DNA from: Fibrobacterota bacterium | GTDB lineage: Bacteria; Fibrobacterota; Fibrobacteria; UBA11236 | DNA length: 32,000 nt | Direction: 5' to 3' | Assembly: GCA_028287505.1 (NCBI GenBank) | Contig: JAQBPN010000007.1 | Span: 116,120 to 148,119 of the forward strand | Shown here: positions 17,934 to 25,487 of the stretch, piece after piece | Position numbering within the stretch: position 1 is the first letter of the stretch | Layout of the letters: every line of letters starts with the position of its first letter | Position numbers and translations under genes: made by a program | Notes under the pieces: model-generated | Databases searched by the model: none | What the model was told of the DNA's origin: nothing | The model's input: only the letters and a program-made list of their open reading frames with translations

Positions 17934-19088
17934 TTAGAACGTGTAATGCAGATAGGTGAGTTCATAGGCAACGGGTTCCAGGGTCAGGAAACGATTTTCT
18001 TCATCGGCGCCGAGACCTTTCAGTTTGTTGTTGAGGGGCATGAAAAGAATGCCTCCGCCCAAGGTGAAATGGCGGCTGACGCGCGACTTGTAACCCACCG
18101 TGAGCGTGCTGAGATGCCCGCGATTGTTGAAAGGGACGAACTCCTTGTAACCCACGTATGTTCCGAGCCAGTAGCCCAGATCGGGATTGGATTTCCGGAA
18201 GAAAATCCCCAGCATCTCGATGCCGAAATTCACCATCTGGATGTTGAAGTTGACCGCCAGGCTGTCCGGCCCGCCCGTGCCGTTGGCGAAACCGTACCCG
18301 AGGGAAACGGAGAAGAGCAGGAACTTGTCCGGGGTGACCGCTTCGCTGACCGTGCCTTCGATTCCGTACATGGTGAGGGCCAGGTTGGAGAGGGTGTCCA
18401 GTTTGGGGCGGCCGAGCGAATCGGAGGCGACCGCGCTGGGGACGATGCCTTCCTGGATGGGGAAGCGGGTCACGTTGGCGGAGGCGCTCCAATCCAGGTT
18501 CCAGATGTCCGGCTTCTTCTCGTTGGGTCCGGCCACGAAGCTGTTCGACCAGACGATTTCGCCCGTGCGGTGGCGGAACACCTTCAGGTTCAGGATCACG
18601 TCGTTGTCCGCGCTTTTGGAACAGGAGCCTTCGATATAGCCGTCCACGCGGAGCTTGTCCCCCAGCTTCCAGAGATCTTCCATGGACGGCAGGGTGTTGG
18701 AGAACTTGAAGGTGCTGTCGGTGGCCACCACGCGGAAAGTCCGGAGTTCCGGGGACGTGACCACGGTCTTGCGGCCTTCCTTGCGGAACACCTCTTCGAT
18801 CTGGGCCTGGATGTAGCGCGAAATGCCGGGGCTGAATTCCTTGGGATCCACTTTGATCTGGGACAGGGCGATGCGATCGATGTTGGGAGGGATGTCGCCC
18901 ATGGTCTTGGACAGGCGCCCCATGATCTCCGCTATCTGGCGGAGGCCGGTGGAACTGGGCGCGAAGGGATCCGGCGAAGACGCGGCCGCGGAAGCGGACG
19001 GCGCGCACATGGCCAGGCATAAGGCCAGGCACATGCCCATGATCGGGGCCGGGAGGAAACCGGCCCTGTTCGCGGAGCCGGAAATCAT
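17934..19088 (-). CDS. Predicted outer-membrane protein: periplasmic N-domain plus C-terminal beta-barrel
   Basis: Signal peptide (MGMCLALCLAMCAPSASA). The C-terminal half has alternating amphipathic beta-strand patterning and ends in an aromatic residue (...YELTYLHYTF), as is typical of OMP barrels. The N-domain pattern (IALSQIKVD...ISRYIQAQIEEVF...GDKLRVDGYIEGSC...VILNLKVFRHRTGEIVWS) resembles the small periplasmic modules of CsgG/FlgO/LpoB-type proteins, by pattern only. Its ATG overlaps the TGA of the upstream gene (ATGA at 19085-19088). Confidence 0.7.
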   Translation of the reverse strand: MISGSANRAGFLPAPIMGMCLALCLAMCAPSASAAASSPDPFAPSSTGLRQIAEIMGRLSKTMGDIPPNIDRIALSQIKVDPKEFSPGISRYIQAQIEEVFRKEGRKTVVTSPELRTFRVVATDSTFKFSNTLPSMEDLWKLGDKLRVDGYIEGSCSKSADNDVILNLKVFRHRTGEIVWSNSFVAGPNEKKPDIWNLDWSASANVTRFPIQEGIVPSAVASDSLGRPKLDTLSNLALTMYGIEGTVSEAVTPDKFLLFSVSLGYGFANGTGGPDSLAVNFNIQMVNFGIEMLGIFFRKSNPDLGYWLGTYVGYKEFVPFNNRGHLSTLTVGYKSRVSRHFTLGGGILFMPLNNKLKGLGADEENRFLTLEPVAYELTYLHYTF

Positions 19089-20941
19089 ACCGGCCTCCCC
19101 GAATGCTTGATTTCGTCGCGGATCCTGTGGAGGAGGCGGCGTTGCGCGGCCTCGGACTCCTTGGGCGTGGCGTCCTTGGAGCCTTCCATGCCCCCGGACA
19201 CCATCATCTGCATGCGTTCCGGCAGCAGGGAAAGGACTTTGGCGCGGATGGGCGCTTCCACGTGGAGGAGGGCCAGGATGAGGGTCTCCTGATCCAGACC
19301 CTGGAGGACGGTGCCCAGGAACTTGTCGGGCAGTCCGACCACTTCCGGCAGGGTAACGTACCGGTTACGTAATTTCTCGCCCAGGCCCAGATCCATTTCG
19401 GAGATGGAGTGGATGTACTGGAACTGCATGTTGAGGGGCAGGCTGTCGATCAATTCCAGGATGCTGTCCACGCCGTCGGCGGCCACGTAGCGCATGTTGC
19501 CCACGTCCAGGGCCTTGAGGGACAGCCGGTCCGCGATTTCCTTGTACACGGTGACCGGGATATGATCGATGTTCCCCATGGCGATCAGGAGCTTGGCCCG
19601 GTTGTCGGGATCCGTTTTCTGCAGGATGCCGCCGGCGACTTCGCCCGGCAATTGCGCCAGCACCAGGCCCACTATCCCCAGGGATTCGTCGCGCAGGATG
19701 TGCATGATCTGCTGTTCGTTCATCTGCAGCAGGAACCCGAACATGTCCTTGTATTGGTCTTCGTCCATGTGGCCGTTGGCCAGGTTCTGGTACTCGCGCT
19801 TGAATTCCTTGTACACGGTGAGCATGTCTTCGGAGGTGGGCGTCTCCCCCGCGTTCATGTGCATTTCCAGCTTTTGCGCGATATCGCGCCCGAGTTCGGG
19901 GGCGATCACGCCCATCAGGCGCGCGTCCAGGCTGGCGATCATGGCGGCGGAGTCGCGCATGCCCTTGTCGGGGTCGCGCTGGATCCAGCTCTTGATGATC
20001 TGGCCGCAATGTTTGGGGCTGCCCACGAAGCAGTTCAGCAGAAAGGGGCGGAAGGCGCCGAGTTCGGAAGGCTGGCCCTTGCCCGCGTCCGCCTTGCGGG
20101 CCGCGGACTCCCTGGGAGGCTCGGGCGCGGGAACGGGGGCGGGCGGATACTTGTCGTTCCGTTCGCCGCGGGACGAACCCATGATGGCCCGCGAGACCAT
20201 CCACACGCAGGCGAGGATAAGCAGGCAGATGATGACCAGGGGAATCAGGGAGGGAAGATGGTCGGTATAGTTGCCGAAGGGATTGGCGGCGGCCTTGTCC
20301 CTGGCATCCTCTTTCTTGGAGGCCGTGTCGTTCTTGGCCGGGGCCTGGGCGGCCGGCATGGGAGGAGGATCCACCGGCTTGCGGTAGTTGGTCAGGGAAC
20401 GGTTGTCGCGCGGGAACACGCCTTCGTGGACGGAGACTCGGTCACCCCGCGGCTCGTCCAGGCGCGTGGCCATGGTCAGCAGATTGCGGATGAACTCCAC
20501 GTCCTTCTGGGAGTATCCGGTATCCACCAGGATGTCCAGGGTAACCGCCTGGATACCCCCGGGATTGCGCGCCGCATCGTCGGCGGAGGGAACCGGAGCG
20601 GAGGGCTGTACGGTTTCCGGCAGGAAAGGAAGTCCCGGCAATTGCTGGGGCATTTCGCCCGAAACGGCGGCGGGGTCGTCCCCGCCCAGTTCCATTTCCG
20701 GCGGCGGTTCCATTTCGACTTTGGCTTTGACGAGATAGGTCGATTCTTCGTAATAGCGCGCGAGCGTGCGCGAGGCGATGTTCTCGTAGTATTGGGCCAG
20801 CTTCGCGGCCTGGTCCAGGGGCGGCCTGGCGCCGGCCATGGAGGGCTGGGCGGTCGCGTGGGCCGCCATCCCCAGAACCAGGGACAGACTTGAGATTTTA
20901 CAGGCGATGGACATGGCAATGCTGATTATACAACCCGGCAT
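19085..20941 (-). CDS. Bitopic inner-membrane protein: FliF/YscJ-like periplasmic ring-building segment + TM + two cytoplasmic FliG-like (FliG_M/FliG_C, MgtE-N-like) repeats
   Basis: N-terminal signal/anchor (MSIACKISSLSLVLGMAAHATAQ). The periplasmic segment AVTLDILVDTGYSQKDVEFIRNLLTMATRLDEPRGDRVSVHEG resembles the FliF/YscJ block (xSVxLxL...xxxQVxxIxxLVxxAVxGLxxxxVTVVD). The TM helix is LPSLIPLVIICLLILACVWMV. The cytoplasmic FliG-type repeats are FGFLLQMNEQQIMHILRDESLGIVGLVLAQLPGEVAGGILQKTDPDNRAKLL and LPDKFLGTVLQGLDQETLILALLHVEAPIRAKVLSLLPERMQMMV...SEAAQRRLLHRIRDEI. The start may be ATG 20941 or ATG 20914. Confidence 0.75.
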   Translation of the reverse strand: MPGCIISIAMSIACKISSLSLVLGMAAHATAQPSMAGARPPLDQAAKLAQYYENIASRTLARYYEESTYLVKAKVEMEPPPEMELGGDDPAAVSGEMPQQLPGLPFLPETVQPSAPVPSADDAARNPGGIQAVTLDILVDTGYSQKDVEFIRNLLTMATRLDEPRGDRVSVHEGVFPRDNRSLTNYRKPVDPPPMPAAQAPAKNDTASKKEDARDKAAANPFGNYTDHLPSLIPLVIICLLILACVWMVSRAIMGSSRGERNDKYPPAPVPAPEPPRESAARKADAGKGQPSELGAFRPFLLNCFVGSPKHCGQIIKSWIQRDPDKGMRDSAAMIASLDARLMGVIAPELGRDIAQKLEMHMNAGETPTSEDMLTVYKEFKREYQNLANGHMDEDQYKDMFGFLLQMNEQQIMHILRDESLGIVGLVLAQLPGEVAGGILQKTDPDNRAKLLIAMGNIDHIPVTVYKEIADRLSLKALDVGNMRYVAADGVDSILELIDSLPLNMQFQYIHSISEMDLGLGEKLRNRYVTLPEVVGLPDKFLGTVLQGLDQETLILALLHVEAPIRAKVLSLLPERMQMMVSGGMEGSKDATPKESEAAQRRLLHRIRDEIKHSGRPV

Positions 20942-21085
20942 TTGGGGAGACTACGGATTTTCAGTTTGCCCCGGAAAGGACAAAGCTTGATAAAAGCTTA
21001 AAGTTCTACGGATGATTTACCGATAACTTCCGGATGAACCGGCGGCCATGCGAAGGCACGGCCGGGCCGGGAGAAGGGATTGGAC

Positions 21086-22789
21086 ATGTCGATAGGGTTT
21101 CGCCTCGCGATATTCGGCGCCCTCGCCTTGTGCGCATGCGATGACGGCACCGTCCATGTCGTCCGTTTCCCTTCCGGAAAAATCCGCGAAATGTGGACGG
21201 AGAAAGGCCCCAATCCCAAGGCCACCGTGCGCGAGGGTCTCTTCCAATCCTTTTTCCCGGACGGAAGCCGTTCCAGCGCCGTGGAATACCGCGGCGGCGG
21301 CAAGAACGGAAGCGCCAGCATGTGGGATGCCGGGGGCCGGCTCCGATTCAAGGGCGAATACAAAGACGACTTTCTGGTGCGGGAGATCCGTTACGACACG
21401 TCGGGAAAGGTGTCCGCGGATCGCCGTTTCTCCGTCAAAACCGATCGGGTCAAAGCCATCGGCTCTTCCGGGGACTCCCTGACGGTCCCGGAAACCTGCG
21501 CCTGGTCGGAGGCCGCCGGCCGGCCGCCCCTCAAGGACGGCCTTTGCACCATGAAGTATGCGGACGGGAAGGTCATGGCCACGCGCTATTACCAATCCGG
21601 AAGGCTGAACGGCCCCGTAAAGGCCTGGTACCGGGACGGCACGCCCTGGATGGACGGTTCCTACGCGAATGCCATCCCCGCGGGCAGATGGCGCACCTGG
21701 ACCCCCGGCGGAAACCCGCTCTGGTCGGCCGCGTACGACAAAGGAGAACGGGAAGGGGCCTGGGAGGAATGGTTCCCGGACGGCGGTCCGAAATCGAAAT
21801 CAGCCTACCGGAAAGGCAAAGCGGAAGGGGGGTATCAGGAATGGTACCCCAGCGGCAAACCCCGCCTGCGCGGGCAATTCCTGGCGGGGCGCCGGGAAGG
21901 CCAGGAAGCGGCATGGTATCCCGACGGCGCCCGCCTGTATTCCGCCCGTTACGCGGGCGGCCAACTGGAAGGGGATTTCTACCAATGGCACCCGGGCGGC
22001 AAACTGCGCCTGCATTGCCGGTTCGCCAAGGGAAAGAAAGAAGGGGGCAGCCGGGTATGGTATCCCACGGGCGTATTGCAGGAGCAGGCCTATTACAAGG
22101 CGGGGCGCCTGAACGGCTCCTATCGCACCTGGTCCGCGGAGGGCGCGCCCATGGCCATGAAGGAATTCCGCGACGGAGCCGTGGCATTCGACTCCAAGGC
22201 GAAGGAGCTCCTGGATCTCCTGGGGGCGGATCAACTGCGCGTGCCCGTGGGCATGATGGGATTCTACTGGGGCATGGGCGCCAAGGAATGCCGCGCCAAC
22301 CTGGGCCTGTACCAGGCCTCGGACGTGCATGCGAACGACGAGGGGATCACCGCGAAGATGATCGCCTTCCCGGATCGCCGCCCCACCCAGGCGCAAATCC
22401 GGCTCTCGTTCAACGGCCAAGGCGAACTATGGGGCATCAAATTGGATTTGCTCCAGCAATCGTCCGGGGACTTCTTCCCTTTGTGCGAGAACCTGGAAAT
22501 CGAAATCGGCGCGGAATTGGGAACGGCGGGACTGCGCAAGGCGGAAGGCGCATCGGATTACAGCATGACGCGGAAAAGGGATTGGGGGAAGTTCACGGTG
22601 ACCACGGGAACGGCCGGGGGCATCCAACAGGACCTGCCGGTCCTGAGCGCGGAAGGATTCAGCCCCGCCGCCAAGGGGTGGTTCCGCTTTTCCCTGGCCA
22701 ACCACCTCTATCGCGAATACGTGAATCCCGCCAACGCATCCATCACGCCTCCGCGTTGGCAGGAAGAGACCTTCCTCGCCGGACGCTGA
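21086..22789 (+). CDS. MORN-variant (YwqK/COG2849-like) repeat lipoprotein with an uncharacterised C-terminal domain
   Basis: MSIGFRLAIFGALALCACDDG is a lipoprotein-type signal. About 10 repeats of the Gx(E/N)GxxxxWxPxGxxxxxxxY type follow (GEREGAWEEWFPDGGPKSKSAYRKGKAEGGYQEWYPSGKPRLRGQF...). The last ~200 aa have no motif I recognise. GGGAGAAGGG lies upstream of ATG 21086; the ORF track starts at TTG 21080. Confidence 0.75.
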   Translation: MSIGFRLAIFGALALCACDDGTVHVVRFPSGKIREMWTEKGPNPKATVREGLFQSFFPDGSRSSAVEYRGGGKNGSASMWDAGGRLRFKGEYKDDFLVREIRYDTSGKVSADRRFSVKTDRVKAIGSSGDSLTVPETCAWSEAAGRPPLKDGLCTMKYADGKVMATRYYQSGRLNGPVKAWYRDGTPWMDGSYANAIPAGRWRTWTPGGNPLWSAAYDKGEREGAWEEWFPDGGPKSKSAYRKGKAEGGYQEWYPSGKPRLRGQFLAGRREGQEAAWYPDGARLYSARYAGGQLEGDFYQWHPGGKLRLHCRFAKGKKEGGSRVWYPTGVLQEQAYYKAGRLNGSYRTWSAEGAPMAMKEFRDGAVAFDSKAKELLDLLGADQLRVPVGMMGFYWGMGAKECRANLGLYQASDVHANDEGITAKMIAFPDRRPTQAQIRLSFNGQGELWGIKLDLLQQSSGDFFPLCENLEIEIGAELGTAGLRKAEGASDYSMTRKRDWGKFTVTTGTAGGIQQDLPVLSAEGFSPAAKGWFRFSLANHLYREYVNPANASITPPRWQEETFLAGR

Positions 22790-22807
22790 AGGGTTGCGCC
22801 GCCGCGC

Positions 22808-23125
22808 TCAGCGGCTGAGCTGCTTGAGCGTTTTCTGCAGAGCCGTAATCTGCTTCTTGAAGGACTTCAAAGCGACCATGGCGGCGTGCACGCTCTTCAG
22901 CTTGCGGCCGTCGAGGCCCTTGGCGGCGGCGCGTCCGGGCTTGCGGCCGCCGGTTTCGCCGTTCATCCAGCGACGCAACGCAATATAGGAAACGCCGAAT
23001 TTCTTTCCCGCCGCGGAGATGCCGCCGCGGCCCTGGCTGTTCACGAATTCGAGGATCTTCTTTTTCTGATCATCGGTATAGCGCTTGCCTGTATTGCCTT
23101 TTTTCCTCGTCTTAGCCAAAGCCAT
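22808..23125 (-). CDS. Small HTH DNA-binding protein resembling IS3-type transposase OrfA (HTH + C-terminal leucine-zipper-like helix), with no adjacent catalytic ORF
   Basis: MALAKTRKKGNTGKRYTDDQKKKILEFVNSQGRGGISAAGKKFGVSYIALRRWMNG, then LKSVHAAMVALKSFKKQITALQKTLKQL. GGGAGAGG lies immediately upstream of ATG 23125; the ORF track starts at TTG 23167. Confidence 0.65.
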   Translation of the reverse strand: MALAKTRKKGNTGKRYTDDQKKKILEFVNSQGRGGISAAGKKFGVSYIALRRWMNGETGGRKPGRAAAKGLDGRKLKSVHAAMVALKSFKKQITALQKTLKQLSR

Positions 23126-23241
23126 GTCCTCTCCCGGGGGTATTATGCCTCTCTGAAGAGAAGGCAAAAGTAATAATGATTTAATTTAAATAAAGAAACG
23201 GCTTTAGCAAAATTAATAGTGGGGAAAATTAACAGATTTCC

Positions 23242-24672
23242 CTATTCGGCGAATTCCCGCGGGGAAAATGCGTTCATCGTGTACCAGAAATCCGGCGTCC
23301 AGATTTCACCGCCTTGCCTGGATTTGATTCCGTCCAAGTGAACGTGCGCCACCTGCTGAGGACGCAGCCCTTCCATTTCCAGATAGTACCGCAACCCATC
23401 CTTGGAGGCATGGAGCGATTTCACGGGCACCGGGGAAATATCCTTCTGGGGCCCCCCGTACGCTTCCGTCGGTTCGTACCACCATTGTTTCGCCTGGTAA
23501 CGCGCCGGTTCCATGGCCTCGGCGCCGGGAGGCGCCGAAAAAACCACCTCGAATCCGCCCCGCACCGAATGCACGGAGAGGATTTCGAAAACCTTTTTCC
23601 CGTTCGGCTTCATCCGTTGCAGACCGAATTTCTTTTCCCGCCATCCCCAATTCTGGGTATCCCCGTTCCCGAGCCCGCCCAGGTAAAGGGATCCGTCCGG
23701 ACCCGCGAGCATGCGATGGACGCCCGCTTCGAAACCTCCGGAGAAACGCAGCGCGCATCCCTGCCACTCCCCGGCGACCTTTTCCACGAAGAGGCGGCGC
23801 ACCACTCCGAAAGCGATATCGCCGACGAAGAACTGTCCCGCGTAGGGACCCGTGGCGGCATAGACCGGCTGGGTGGGGGATTTCGAGACCACGCCGTACG
23901 GCAGCCACACCGCGGGCGGCGCCGGGTACCTTTCATCGAACGCCCCGGCGGGCTTGATGTGATGTCCATATGTGCGTCCCGGCACGATATGGATGAACTT
24001 GGAGGCCGGCAGCCAGCTCCCCTGGTTGTCGGTGGCGAACAACCCGCTGTCGGGTCCCAGGCACAGCCCGTCGGGAGCGCGCAGACCGGTCGCGACGATG
24101 TCCAGCTTGCCTTCCCGGGTCATGGAAACCAGCGACCCGCGGCGGGAATCCTTCTGCGGCACCAGGGTGTTCCCGGTCTGGGAGGCGGCCACGGAAAGGC
24201 CCGTGAAGAACCGGCCCTCCTTGTGGACCAGGCCGAACGACCATTCATGGAATGACCCCGTGAAGGGAAGCGCGCCCACCCGGGCCCTGGTTTCCGGCAG
24301 TCCGTCCCCGTCGCCGTCGGTTAGGGCATAGATTGCATCCTGATCGGCCGCGAACAGGGTATCCCCCACCGCGGTCAGGCCCATCAACTCCTTGAAGCCG
24401 CCGGCGGCTTTGCGCGCTTTCATCGCCTTGACGGGGCCATCGTAACCGCTGAGGACATATACTTCGTTGGGGCGCCAGGTGCTCACCGCCATGCGCCCGC
24501 CCGGCAGGAACTCCATCCCGGTCACGCCGGGCTCGAAGCCTTTGGGCCGGATGACGGTAAGGTCGAACCCGGGGTGCACCCGGTCCTCTTCCTGCTCCGC
24601 GGCCGCGAAAGCGGCGGAACAGAAAAAAAGGCCCAGACAAACGGACACCATCGGCAAATGCGGATTTTCCAT
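23242..24672 (-). CDS. Secreted beta-propeller protein, PQQ-type glucose/sorbosone dehydrogenase-like fold family
   Basis: Signal peptide MENPHLPMVSVCLGLFFCSAAFAAA. The propeller-like repeats match the family (GMEFLPGGRMAVS, LTDGDGDGLPE, GLRAPDGLCLGPDSGLFATDNQGSWLPASK, GPDGSLYLGGLG). GAGGAG lies upstream of ATG 24672; the ORF track starts at GTG 24696. Confidence 0.7.
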   Translation of the reverse strand: MENPHLPMVSVCLGLFFCSAAFAAAEQEEDRVHPGFDLTVIRPKGFEPGVTGMEFLPGGRMAVSTWRPNEVYVLSGYDGPVKAMKARKAAGGFKELMGLTAVGDTLFAADQDAIYALTDGDGDGLPETRARVGALPFTGSFHEWSFGLVHKEGRFFTGLSVAASQTGNTLVPQKDSRRGSLVSMTREGKLDIVATGLRAPDGLCLGPDSGLFATDNQGSWLPASKFIHIVPGRTYGHHIKPAGAFDERYPAPPAVWLPYGVVSKSPTQPVYAATGPYAGQFFVGDIAFGVVRRLFVEKVAGEWQGCALRFSGGFEAGVHRMLAGPDGSLYLGGLGNGDTQNWGWREKKFGLQRMKPNGKKVFEILSVHSVRGGFEVVFSAPPGAEAMEPARYQAKQWWYEPTEAYGGPQKDISPVPVKSLHASKDGLRYYLEMEGLRPQQVAHVHLDGIKSRQGGEIWTPDFWYTMNAFSPREFAE

Positions 24673-24821
24673 ACGCTCCTCATAAAGCTTTTCCACAACT
24701 TAACAAGCCGCGGCCGGCGCGGCGATGCCTCCCGCCCCGCCGTGCCCGCCGGAACGGCCGCCCGTTTTTCTGCCCGGATGATTCATGAAATAGTAAGTAC
24801 TATTAACTATATTTCAGGGGT

Positions 24822-25352
24822 ATGGATGCATTTTTCCGCACCGTCTTCGCCGCGGGTCCGCCCGGCCTGGGACTGCGACCGCGCCCCGGCAGCCTGGACG
24901 CGGCTTCCGTGCGCAAGGCCGTTTCCGCCCAGGTAAGGCCCAGCGCCAAAAGCCCGACGCCGGACAGGATCCGCCTGCTCGAAGGCATCTCACTCCTCTG
25001 GAACGATTGCTGGAAGGAAGCCCATGAAATCGCCCAGGCCAGGGAAGGCGAACGCGATTTCGACCTGCTGCACGCCATCCTCCATCGCCGCGAGGGCGAT
25101 TATCCCAATGCCGCCTATTGGTTCCGGGAGGTGGGGAAACATCCCTGTTACCTTATCCTGGAGAAGAGGATCGCCCCTTTCCTGGACGGGGAATCCGCCG
25201 CCGTCCTGATGCCGGACGGGCGCTGGTCGGCCCTCGCCTTCATCGATCGCGTCCGCGGCCATGCGCGGGAATCCGGCGAAACCGCCGGTTTTCCGGAACG
25301 CGTGCAAGCCGAGGAATTCCGCGCATTCGCGGAATGGCTGTTGGCATACTAA
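24822..25352 (+). CDS. Hypothetical protein (176 aa)
   Basis: Clean ATG and G/C-biased third codon positions. The helical core is LLWNDCWKEAHEIAQAREGERDFDLLHAILHRREGDYPNAAYWFREVGKHPCY. A T-run hairpin follows the stop. I recognise no function. Confidence 0.6.
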   Translation: MDAFFRTVFAAGPPGLGLRPRPGSLDAASVRKAVSAQVRPSAKSPTPDRIRLLEGISLLWNDCWKEAHEIAQAREGERDFDLLHAILHRREGDYPNAAYWFREVGKHPCYLILEKRIAPFLDGESAAVLMPDGRWSALAFIDRVRGHARESGETAGFPERVQAEEFRAFAEWLLAY

Positions 25353-25381
25353 TGGCTTGGCAAAGCGGCGGATACCGCCTG

Positions 25382-25421
25382 AACCGCCTGAATTCCGCGA
25401 TCCGGAAAAGGCGGTTTTTTT
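25382..25421 (+). terminator. Probable intrinsic terminator of the 24822..25352 gene
   Basis: AACCGCC...GGCGGTT stem enclosing an inner TTCCG/CGGAA stem, followed by a T run (the GGCGGTT arm runs into 7 consecutive T, 25415-25421). Confidence 0.5.
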
Positions 25422-25487
25422 CCATTGCCCCGGGTCGGTCAAAACATATCTTCATCTTAGACTTGCACTACGGAAAGGTGGTCTGAA

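Noticed and set aside
17748-20893. ORFs 17748..19022(+) and 19409..20893(+), antisense to the barrel and FliG-like genes
   Set aside because: These are antisense shadow frames (Gly/Val/His/Asp/Arg-rich, with no TM or domain pattern). The minus-strand genes have signal peptides, TM helices, domain motifs and ATGA coupling.
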